In this document: piece by piece, positions 1 to 8,600 of the stretch
Layout of the letters: every line of letters starts with the position of its first letter
Numbering within the stretch: position 1 is the stretch's first letter
Origin: Candidatus Binatia bacterium
Lineage (GTDB): Bacteria; Desulfobacterota; Binatia; Bin18
Assembly (NCBI GenBank): GCA_022824615.1
Contig: JAJDZM010000093.1
Coordinates: 654-64,653, forward strand
Direction of reading: 5' to 3'
DNA length: 64,000 nucleotides
Notes under the pieces: generated by a model
What the model was told of the DNA's origin: nothing
The model's input: only the letters and a program-made list of their open reading frames with translations
Databases searched by the model: none
Position numbers and translations under genes: made by a program

Positions 1-285
1 ACCTATGTCTTCGACGAAATCATCACCCTCACACGGGTGCGACTCGGCCATCGTATCGCTCGTCTCGTCGGTAAAACCCTCTTGGACCCGAAGCCTGTGA
101 CCCTGCTCCATGTCACACCATCAGATGAAAGGGCAGCCTGGAAGCTCTTTGAGAAACGCGCCGACAAATCGTATAGCTTTACGGATTGTACGAGCTTCAT
201 CGTGATGCGGCGACAAAAAATCGGGCTGGCGCTCACACTTGACCGCCATTTCGCTCAAGAAGGGTTCCGCACGGCTCCCGCCTAG
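1..285 (+). CDS. PIN-domain (VapC-like) nuclease, 5' end truncated by window edge
   Basis: Frame 1 is open from nt 1. C-terminal segment SFTDCTSFIVMRRQKIGLALTLDRHF matches the conserved C-terminal Asp-containing block of PIN/VapC toxins. Confidence 0.55.
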   Translation, partial: TYVFDEIITLTRVRLGHRIARLVGKTLLDPKPVTLLHVTPSDERAAWKLFEKRADKSYSFTDCTSFIVMRRQKIGLALTLDRHFAQEGFRTAPA

Positions 286-383
286 CGACTTTTGAGGTTT
301 GCATAGCTCTAGCGCTCGTATGGATGGATCGTTTATAACAGTCCCCGACAATACTCTTCATTCTCGTTCGTAAGGAGGGAAGC

Positions 384-1595
384 ATGGCATTAGCGCTTGA
401 TGGCATAAAAGTCCTTGAACTCACGCGGGTCGGGCCGGGGGCATTCTGTACCATGATGCTGGCCGACATGGGGGCCGAGGTATTAAAAATCGAGCCGCCC
501 CCCGCCGGAAAGCTGGCCGGCTCGGGCGCGTCACCCAAGCCGGATGAGGCCCGCAAACTGGCCACCAGCTTCACAAATCGGAACAAAAAGAGTCTCACCC
601 TGAATTTGAAAGACCCGGCCGGACAGGAAGTCCTGCACGCTTTGGCCAAGGAGTACGACGTGCTGGTTGAAGGCTTTCGGCCCGGCGTGATGCAGCGGCT
701 GGGCGGTGACTATGAGACCCTGCGGGCAATCAACCCCGGCATCGTCTACTGCTCTTTGAGCGGCTACGGCCAGGACGGTCCGTACCGTAATTTCCCGGCC
801 CACGACCTGAATTATCTCTCTTTGAGCGGGGTGCTGGACCTGATTGGACCCCCCGAGGGTCCGCCCTCCATTCCGCTGAACATTATTGCCGACTATGCCG
901 GAGCCTCCATGCACGGTGCGCTCGGTATCATGTTTGCCCTGTTTGCCAGACAACAGACCGGCCAGGGGCAGTTGGTTGATATTTCCTATCTGGACACCAC
1001 GATTTCGCTGCTTGCGGCCACGCCGAACGTCCGTGATTATTTTGCCGATGGGACGATGCCGGGCCGGGCCAAGGGAGTTTTTGGCGGCGGATACGCCTAT
1101 TACAGCGTGTATCAGACCAAAGACGGCAAACATCTCTCCATTGGCTGCACCGAGCCCTGGCTGTGGAATAATGTCTGTGACGCCCTGGACCGCCCGGATT
1201 GGAAGGATTGCGGCATGAAGATGGGAGACTTCTCCCAGCATTCAACCGCGCGTCATCAGCAGGTGAAAAAAGAACTCCAGGATATTCTGCTCACCAAAAC
1301 ACGCGACGAGTGGTACGATTTTTTCACCCAAGCCGATGTGTGTGTCGGAAAAGTCTACGATGTACCTGAAGTCTTCGCAGACCCGCAGGTGAAACATCGC
1401 GAGATGGCAATTGAGCTCGACCACCCCCGGGCCGGAAAAGTGACCCAGGCCGGCGTGGCCATTAAGCTGTCGGACACACCAGGCTCGGTCCGCTCCTTTG
1501 CTCCCGCGCTCGGACAGCACACGGACGAAGTCCTGAGCGATGTGGGCCTGAGTGCCGAGCAAATCGCCCAACTCCGCGAGAAACAGGTGGTATAG
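384..1595 (+). CDS. CoA-transferase family III (CaiB/BaiF-like; alpha-methylacyl-CoA racemase / formyl-CoA transferase family)
   Basis: N-terminus LDGIKVLELTRVGPGAFCTMMLADMGAEVLKIEPP is the family III CoA-transferase signature. Length 403 aa. RBS-like aggaggg lies upstream. Confidence 0.85.
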   Translation: MALALDGIKVLELTRVGPGAFCTMMLADMGAEVLKIEPPPAGKLAGSGASPKPDEARKLATSFTNRNKKSLTLNLKDPAGQEVLHALAKEYDVLVEGFRPGVMQRLGGDYETLRAINPGIVYCSLSGYGQDGPYRNFPAHDLNYLSLSGVLDLIGPPEGPPSIPLNIIADYAGASMHGALGIMFALFARQQTGQGQLVDISYLDTTISLLAATPNVRDYFADGTMPGRAKGVFGGGYAYYSVYQTKDGKHLSIGCTEPWLWNNVCDALDRPDWKDCGMKMGDFSQHSTARHQQVKKELQDILLTKTRDEWYDFFTQADVCVGKVYDVPEVFADPQVKHREMAIELDHPRAGKVTQAGVAIKLSDTPGSVRSFAPALGQHTDEVLSDVGLSAEQIAQLREKQVV

Positions 1596-1600
1596 AAAAA

Positions 1601-1686
1601 GGGTCTGGGGGTTGGGAATTGGGGCGTGGGGAAGCCCAACCTCTAACCCCCAGCCCCCAATCCCTAACCCCCAATCCCCTCCTCCC
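1601..1686. repeat. G-run / C-run imperfect palindrome filling the whole intergenic gap (G4 / long hairpin potential)
   Basis: GGGTCTGGGGGTTGGGAATTGGGGCGTGGGG ... CCCCAGCCCCCAATCCCTAACCCCCAATCCCC. The left arm is G-runs and the right arm is their near reverse complement. Confidence 0.6.
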
Positions 1687-3048
1687 ATGCATCTGTCCTT
1701 CGACCTTGGGACGCTCGTGCTCTACGACCCTCCCGAAGAGTTTGTCCCGCCCTCTTGCTTTCGGTGGGATGGCCGGGTCGATCGGTGGCGAACGCAAGCC
1801 TATCACTATCGCCAGGTGGTTGAGACCTTCAAGCAGCACGAGGTCGCCTATACGAACGCCGCACCGGCCTACCGCACGCTGGTACTGTCCAGCCGCTTGA
1901 CCCAGACGCCACGGCCGTTTCAGAGTGATGCGCTTGAAGCCTGGGTCAACACGGGACGGCGTGGCACGGTCATTCTGCCGACCGGTGCCGGGAAGAGCTA
2001 TGTCGGCCAAAGGGCCATAGAAATTGTCCAGCGGAGCACCCTGGTTGTTGCTCCTACTATTGATCTCATGAATCAGTGGTACGACCTGCTGTGCGCGGCG
2101 TTTGGTGAAACGGTCGGGCTGATTGGCGGGGGGTATTATGAAATCGAAGACCTGACGGTGACAACCTATAGCAGCGCCTATCGGCATATGGACCGCTTGG
2201 GCAACCGGTGGGGCCTGGTGCTCTTTGACGAATGCCACCACCTGCCGGGCGACGTGTACAGCCATGCTGCGGAGATGTGTCTGGCCCCCTATCGCTTAGG
2301 GCTGACGGCGACGCCGGAACGGGCCGACGGTCGTGAGGCCCTGCTCGATACCCTCATCGGTCCACGGGTGTATGCCAAAGGGATTACCGAGTTGGCCGGG
2401 GAGTATTTGTCCGACTACGTGGTTGAACGCCTCAAGGTCACGCTCACGCCAGAGGAAGAAGCGGAATACCGTCAGGCCCGCAGCACATTCTATGATTTTA
2501 TTGTAGATCACGGCATCGTCCTGGACGGCCTGACCGGCTGGCATCGCTTTATTCGGGAGAGCGCGACGAGTCGGAAGGGCCGCAGTGCCCTGCTCGCCCA
2601 CCAGCGGGCAAAAAAACTGGCGCTAGGCACCCAGGCCAAGCTACGCACCCTTGATTTCCTGCTGAAAAAGCACGCCCGTGACCGGACTCTTATTTTCACC
2701 AGTGATAATGATACGGTCCACGCAATCTCGGCCGCGTTTTTGATTCCTGCCCTCACCCATCAAACGCCGACAAAGGAGCGCAAAGCCATACTCGAAGCGT
2801 TTAACCACGGGGAGTATCTGGCCCTGGCCACGTCAAAAGTGTTGAACGAAGGCGTGAATATCCCGGAGGCCAGTGTCGCCATTATTCTGTCCGGTTCCGG
2901 TTCCACCCGCGAGCACGTGCAGCGTCTGGGCCGGATTCTGCGCAAACGGGAAGGTAAGCAGGCGGTTTTGTACGAAGTCGTTACCGCGGGAACGGTGGAA
3001 GAACGTATCAGTGAGCGGCGACGTCAACACGCTGCCTACCAAGTCTGA
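1687..3048 (+). CDS. XPB/Rad25-like superfamily-2 DNA helicase (DEAD/DEAH box)
   Basis: Walker A ILPTGAGKS, DEAH-like motif II LFDECHHLP, helicase C-terminal domain. N-terminal approx 75 aa domain is typical of bacterial XPB homologues. The track ORF starts at 1552 but that stretch translates the G/C repeat, so the ATG at 1687 is preferred. Confidence 0.8.
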   Translation: MHLSFDLGTLVLYDPPEEFVPPSCFRWDGRVDRWRTQAYHYRQVVETFKQHEVAYTNAAPAYRTLVLSSRLTQTPRPFQSDALEAWVNTGRRGTVILPTGAGKSYVGQRAIEIVQRSTLVVAPTIDLMNQWYDLLCAAFGETVGLIGGGYYEIEDLTVTTYSSAYRHMDRLGNRWGLVLFDECHHLPGDVYSHAAEMCLAPYRLGLTATPERADGREALLDTLIGPRVYAKGITELAGEYLSDYVVERLKVTLTPEEEAEYRQARSTFYDFIVDHGIVLDGLTGWHRFIRESATSRKGRSALLAHQRAKKLALGTQAKLRTLDFLLKKHARDRTLIFTSDNDTVHAISAAFLIPALTHQTPTKERKAILEAFNHGEYLALATSKVLNEGVNIPEASVAIILSGSGSTREHVQRLGRILRKREGKQAVLYEVVTAGTVEERISERRRQHAAYQV

Positions 3049-3076
3049 ACAACGGGAGAGAAGAGAGAAACGCCTA

Positions 3077-3115
3077 TTCCCTCTCCCCTCAAGGGGAGAG
3101 GGTCAGGGTGAGGGG
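3077..3115. repeat. REP-like hairpin element, copy 1 (CCCTCTCCCCT-caag-GGGAGAGGG-tcAGGGTGAGGGG)
   Basis: Perfect 10-bp inverted repeat followed by AGGGTGAGGG. A near-identical second copy lies at 53884-53921. Confidence 0.7.
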
Positions 3116-3122
3116 AGTCAAG

Positions 3123-4172
3123 ATGGTTCAGGAAGACATCTCGCTCATTAACCTGCCGAATCTTATTGGTTTTCTGCGTGACAGGCTCTCCCTGACGGAG
3201 GGCGACATCAGGATTGAACGGCACGAAGCCGGCTATTCAAACGAAACGTTTTTTGTCTCCTGGGGAGACAAACGCTGGGTGCTGCGGCGTCCGCCGAGCG
3301 GGGATCTCCTGCCGACCGCCCACGATATGCTGCGCGAATACCGGGTGCTGTCGGCCCTGTCCGGCTTTGATGTGCGGACTCCACAGCCGGTGCTTGCGTG
3401 TGAAGATCGGGACGTTCTCGGCGTTCCTTTTTATCTGATGCAGCGGGTGGACGGTATCGTGATCCGCGAAACGCTCCCGGAAGTTTTTGCCGCCCAGGAA
3501 GAACGCCAACGACTCGGAGAAGAATTAATCGACGCCCTCGCTGAGCTCCACGCCGTGCAATGGCAGGGTACGGACCTGGAAGGCATTGGCCGGCCGCAGG
3601 GCTATCTTGAACGCCAACTCAAACGCTGGACCAAACAGTACGAGCTGACCGTGCCGCATACTCGGCCATTGCCCGGACTCGAAGCAGTCGGCGACTGGCT
3701 GCACCGGCGGCTGCCGCCGGCGAGTGAAGCGACAGTTGTCCACGGCGACTATAAAGTTGATAACGTGATGTTTGGGGTGTCCACTCCGACCCGCTTAGTT
3801 GCCATATTCGACTGGGAAATGGCGACCCTGGGCGACCCGCTGACCGACCTGGGTTGGCTGCTCAGCTTCTGGGGGCCTACCGGGGATGAGCGAGACACCC
3901 CGGACCTGATTGACAGCAATGTCATGACCCAGTTGCCGGGCTTTTTATCCCGCGAAGAGATGGCCGCGCGCTATGCCGAGCGCACCGGCCGGACCATGGA
4001 ACACTTTCCCTTTTATCGCTGCTTAGCGGTTTGGAAGTACGCCATCATTCTGGAGGGCCTGTATCGGCACTATCTCGAAGGAACCGCGGCCAATCCGAAG
4101 GCCGCCGAGTTTGCGTGGAAGGTCCCCCAGCTCGTGCAGCGCGCCCAGCGGATTATGGTCGAGGCGGGCTGA
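3123..4172 (+). CDS. phosphotransferase enzyme family protein (APH-like kinase)
   Basis: HGDYKVDNVMF catalytic loop, DWE motif (IFDWEMATLGDP), overall APH/aminoglycoside-phosphotransferase fold signature. ATG at 3123 follows gagggg RBS. Confidence 0.8.
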   Translation: MVQEDISLINLPNLIGFLRDRLSLTEGDIRIERHEAGYSNETFFVSWGDKRWVLRRPPSGDLLPTAHDMLREYRVLSALSGFDVRTPQPVLACEDRDVLGVPFYLMQRVDGIVIRETLPEVFAAQEERQRLGEELIDALAELHAVQWQGTDLEGIGRPQGYLERQLKRWTKQYELTVPHTRPLPGLEAVGDWLHRRLPPASEATVVHGDYKVDNVMFGVSTPTRLVAIFDWEMATLGDPLTDLGWLLSFWGPTGDERDTPDLIDSNVMTQLPGFLSREEMAARYAERTGRTMEHFPFYRCLAVWKYAIILEGLYRHYLEGTAANPKAAEFAWKVPQLVQRAQRIMVEAG

Positions 4173-4277
4173 GCGTGGCGTTCAGAACCGCGTGCTGTCT
4201 GACCTCAGTAAGTCGAATGGCTGGGCTGGCTTTGCGAGCCGAAGAGGGAGTCGAGTTGCATTGACTTCCCAATCTGT

Positions 4278-4565
4278 ATGGCGTTGTATGAATTCATGCT
4301 GAATCAATGCGTTCTCGGCTTGTTGTTGGGCCTATTGTTCCTTCCCGGTCCGTTGTGGGCGGTGGAAGTGGCCCCGGTCCTGACCGACCGAGCGATTGCG
4401 GACAGCCTGACCCGGCTGGAAGAAGGACAGCGTGCGGTGCGGACCGAGGTTAGCCAACTCCGCGGGGATATGAACCGGCAGAATCAGCACCTGTGGGACG
4501 ACATCAACGCTCAGTCCAACCGTCAGTTTCGGCTCGAAAACGTTCGCATTGTCCGCTTTGAGTAG
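4278..4565 (+). CDS. small secreted hypothetical protein (signal peptide, coiled-coil-like)
   Basis: 95 aa ORF. Hydrophobic N-terminus LGLLLGLLFLPGPLWA. No recognisable family. Confidence 0.4.
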   Translation: MALYEFMLNQCVLGLLLGLLFLPGPLWAVEVAPVLTDRAIADSLTRLEEGQRAVRTEVSQLRGDMNRQNQHLWDDINAQSNRQFRLENVRIVRFE

Positions 4566-4579
4566 TTGGGTGCAGGTGA

Positions 4580-5356
4580 TTGATGGCTCTATGCCATTCC
4601 AGAGCACCGCCTGTCTTTCTGTTTCATGCCTGTGTGCTCTCTCTTTCGGCTGCCGCCTGTAGCGTCGTCCAGGCTCAGCCACAACGACCGCTCACGATTC
4701 CAGTGAAGCCAGCCAGTTCTCAGCCGTCAGCCTCAGTGCAGCCCTTACCGGCGCGGGCAGAAATTCGCCGTGACCCGCGACTGGGAACAATCACTTTTTT
4801 GAAGGCCCCGAATCTTTCCGAGCACCTGGAGCACGACCCGGATTTTGCCCAACTGCAAGCGAGCAAGCAATTTGGAGACTTGGCTCGTGCGTTCGTTCAC
4901 GCCTACCGAGCCGATTTCCGACTCGCTCAGCCCACCAACGAGTTCCGAGTACACTCAGTCAAGACCGACGCTCTGGGGCTGACCCACGTCCGTCTGCAAC
5001 AGACCTTTCATGATGTCCCTGTCTGGGCGGCCGAGGTGGTTGTGCACCTGAACGCCGACACCCAAGTCTACCTCATCCAGGGGCGCTATATTCCAACTCC
5101 GCACAATTTGTCTACCGACCCGGAGCTAACAGAACAGACGGCGTTACAGCGGGCTGTGGACCACCTTGGGCAACCTCTCACTGGGTGTCTCAAATGCCAG
5201 GCTGACCTCGTGATTTTTACGACGGAAGGCAAAGCCCCACGTCTGGCCTATCGCGTCCTGGCCTTGCTGAATTTAGCGGAAGGGTGGGAGGTAATGATTG
5301 ATGCCTGGACGGGCGAGATCCTGCAACAACTGTCCACCATACGCACCACGCAATAA
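4580..5356 (+). CDS. stand-alone M4-protease propeptide-like protein (FTP + PepSY domains), secreted
   Basis: Signal peptide. Clear similarity to the propeptide region of the downstream M4 protease (e.g. ...AELIVHLD.../...AEVVVHLN..., PRLAYRV / PRLAWKL, VMIDAWTGEIL / VVIDAINGDEL). It ends before any catalytic domain. Confidence 0.6.
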   Translation: MMALCHSRAPPVFLFHACVLSLSAAACSVVQAQPQRPLTIPVKPASSQPSASVQPLPARAEIRRDPRLGTITFLKAPNLSEHLEHDPDFAQLQASKQFGDLARAFVHAYRADFRLAQPTNEFRVHSVKTDALGLTHVRLQQTFHDVPVWAAEVVVHLNADTQVYLIQGRYIPTPHNLSTDPELTEQTALQRAVDHLGQPLTGCLKCQADLVIFTTEGKAPRLAYRVLALLNLAEGWEVMIDAWTGEILQQLSTIRTTQ

Positions 5357-5602
5357 CCTTCCAGTCTGATATCATCCCCGCCCCGCGTTGACATTTTCCC
5401 CTGCGTCCAGCATCTCCGCACTTGGTCAACCGTCAGTACGGAACCCGTTAAGTCGGGTCGCCTGCTGAATAGAACAGCCACTACAGGCGCGGGAGTCATG
5501 ACCTGCGCCGTGGTGAATACGCAGGACTCACTTCAGTTCCGTACTGTGTGGTTGACACGGCCCGGCACTCCCGCCGGAATTAATGGTTCACGAGGGAGAG
5601 CG

Positions 5603-8600
5603 ATGCCCGACTGGAGCAAGCATTTTTGGCAGCGTCAGGGAAAAGCGACTCAATGGCTATGTGGCGGGATCGTTCTGCTGACGACGCTCCTGGTGAGTCA
5701 GAATCTCGCCGACGGCAATAGCCCGGCCTTTCATTTCCATCCGCTGTCTCCACCCAACGCGATTGCTCCGACAAGCGAGTCGTCCGCAGAGACCGACCCT
5801 GACCCCCGTGCGACCGAGTTGGCCCGGCGTCTCCGCCAACATCTGGGACTCCAAACCGCAACGCAACGGACGGCAACGCAGCCTACCCCGGGACAGAGCA
5901 ACGCGCTGTCCCGACTGCGAGCCCGCCTCCAAGAGGCTGTCTCCGTTCGGCTCCGTCCTGCTGTTGGAACGCCCCTACAGATTAAGGGCAAGGCGATGGA
6001 GCGTGCCCAGTCCGGTTTCTTCTCCAGTTTTTTCTCTGGCAAAGAGACCCACGAGGCAACGGCCCGGACATTTCTCCAGACGAATCGTGCTCTGCTCCGC
6101 CTTGACGACCCGCAGGCCGAACTCACACTGACCCGGCAGCAGACCGACGACCTGAGCCAGACCCATCTGCGTTTTGACCAGACGTATAAGGGCCTGCTCG
6201 TGTGGCCGGCCGAGTTGATTGTCCATCTTGACCCGAACGGCCATGTTGATTTGCTGAATGGGGCGTTCGTACCCACTCCCAAAAAGCTCGACACGGTTCC
6301 GGTCATTGACGAAGTCACCGCCATCGAATACGCCCGCACTGCGCTGACCGACGGAGACAAGGCCGAGGTCAGCGCATCCGAACTCATTATTTACGCTCCC
6401 GGCGACACTCCGCCCCGACTGGCCTGGAAACTGGAGTTGGATATCGATTTGACCTCCCATTGGCTAGTGGTCATTGACGCTATCAACGGAGACGAGTTGA
6501 CCGCCTATAGCCAAATCATGCACCAGCATGTCTCCGGATCAGGTACAGATTTGTTCGGCATCACCCGTCCGCTCAATGTCTGGCAGCAAGACGGTTTTTT
6601 CTGGATGTTCGATACCAGCAAATCCATGTTCGATCCCAACGCAGACCCAAGAGAGCGTGGCGTTATCTGGATTTACGATGCACAGAACCAGCCGCCAACA
6701 TCCGACCCTGAGATCGTTGCCGATCTCATCCCTCCCGCTCCGGTCGTCAATTCGAGAAGTTCAACCTCCGGGTGGCTGCCTGATGCAGTCAGCGCGTCGT
6801 ACAACCTTTCTCAAGCTTACGACTATTATAGAGAGCGGCACAGTCGGGACTCTTATAACGGTGAGGGGGCATCAATTCACGCGATGGTGCGTCTTGGTCA
6901 GAATTTTCGGAATGCGTTCTATAACCCTGGTCTTAATCTGATAGCATTTGGCGATGGATTACCATATGCTGGAGCGCTTGACGTTGTTGGCCACGAACTG
7001 ACTCACAGCGTCATCCAGTACTCGGCGGATTTGGTCTATCGAAACCAGCCAGGAGCGCTGAATGAGGCTTTTTCAGACATCTTTGGAGAAATGATCGAAG
7101 CCCGGACTACGGGCAGGCCGGATTGGATTATGGGCCAAGTTCTTGGCGACCGGCGGTTCATGCGCAATATGGCCAACCCCGCCGCTTTCACCTTTTCTGC
7201 TGGGCGACCTTATCCGACCAGAATGAGCGAGTTTGTTGAACTACCACTGGATCAAGACAACGGCGGCGTTCATATCAATAGCAGTATTATCAACCGGGCG
7301 TATTATCTGCTCGCAGCGGGTCTTGACGGGGCCATAGGCTTGCGCGATGCCGAGCGAATTTTCTACCGCGCACTGACCGTCTATCTGACCCGAAACTCGC
7401 AGTTTATTGACGCCCGTCTGGCCTGTATTCAAGCCGCGGAAGATATTTTTAGAACGGAGTCAACCCAGACCCGGAAAACAGCCGAGGCGTTTGATGCTGT
7501 CGAGATTGGGGCCGTCCCTCCCACGCCGGACCTACCGGATATTCCCACCGTTCAGGGGCCGGATGCCAGCCTGTTTATATATCGTGACCAATCCGGTCAG
7601 TTCCGGCTGGGGCGGTTGGAAGACGCGCGCGGCGACGAGGCCCACGGTATACAACTCGCCAACGCGGTCGTGGCTGCGGCTCGGCCCTCTGTCTCCCGCA
7701 ATGGCGAGTTAGCCGTCTTTGTCAATGCCCAAAATGACCTCTGCTTGATCGGAACAGATGGGAGTGGGGAATGGTGCGCCGGTTTTCCGGGTCTTGTTGC
7801 TTCGGTTGCCATGTCACCCGACAGCCGCTTTTACGGATTTGTCTTTCGGGACGCTCAGGGCAATGCAGATAACCGGATCACTGTTCTTGATGTGGAAACC
7901 GGTCGAGACCGGACCTTCACCCTCACGGCGCCGTCCTACGATGGCCCGGCAACCGATACCATCCTCCGTGTCGACGCCATGGATTTCACCAATGACGGGC
8001 AGTGGGTCATCTACGACGCTCTGAACGCGATAAACTTCGCCGATGGTTCCCAACTGAGACAATGGAGCCTGTACGCCTTGCATCTGGCTACAGGCACAAA
8101 CTTGCCCTTGATCCGGCCCATACCCGGCCTCAATATCGCCTATCCATCCCTGAGTCAGACCAGTGATAATTTCCTGACCTTTGATGTTTTTGACGAAGCT
8201 CGGAATCAATCCACTGTCTACACCGCCAATCTGAATACCGGAAATGTGGCGACCATTACGACAGTGGCGGGCAGCTACGGCGTGCCCGGCTATACGGGCG
8301 ACGATGCGGCACTGGTGTTTTCCAAGGATGACACGAGCGTTCCGACCGGGTTTTCTCTGGTCCGGCAGCCATTGGCAGCCGACCGCATTACGCCCCAGGG
8401 CCAGGCATCGGTTTGGCTGAGGGATGCCGATTTTGGCGTCATCTACCGCCGGTCGGGCTTAACCGGTGTCCTGGAGAACCCCTCCTCCGGGGCGTTCCAG
8501 AGCGGCATCGGGCTGTTCTCCGGTTGGGTATGCGACGCCTTGCGGGTTGAGATTGAAATTAACGGTACGACACGGCTGAATGCCGCGTACAGGACCATTC

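Noticed and set aside
531-1241. Long antisense ORFs overlapping well-supported genes (e.g. 531-1241-, 1462-2265-, 5731-6387-, 26129-26458+, 45546-46130+, 58080-59357-, 58996-60699-, 60135-60944+, 62166-62597-, 62757-63137-, 63361-63912-)
   Set aside because: Each lies opposite a gene with clear family signatures. Their products are Arg/Pro/Gly-rich low-complexity strings typical of shadow ORFs in GC-rich DNA.
1552-1686. N-terminal extension of the helicase ORF
   Set aside because: It translates the G/C-run palindrome (WGLGIGAWGSPTSNPQPPIPNPQSPPP). The conserved XPB N-terminal domain begins at Met 1687.
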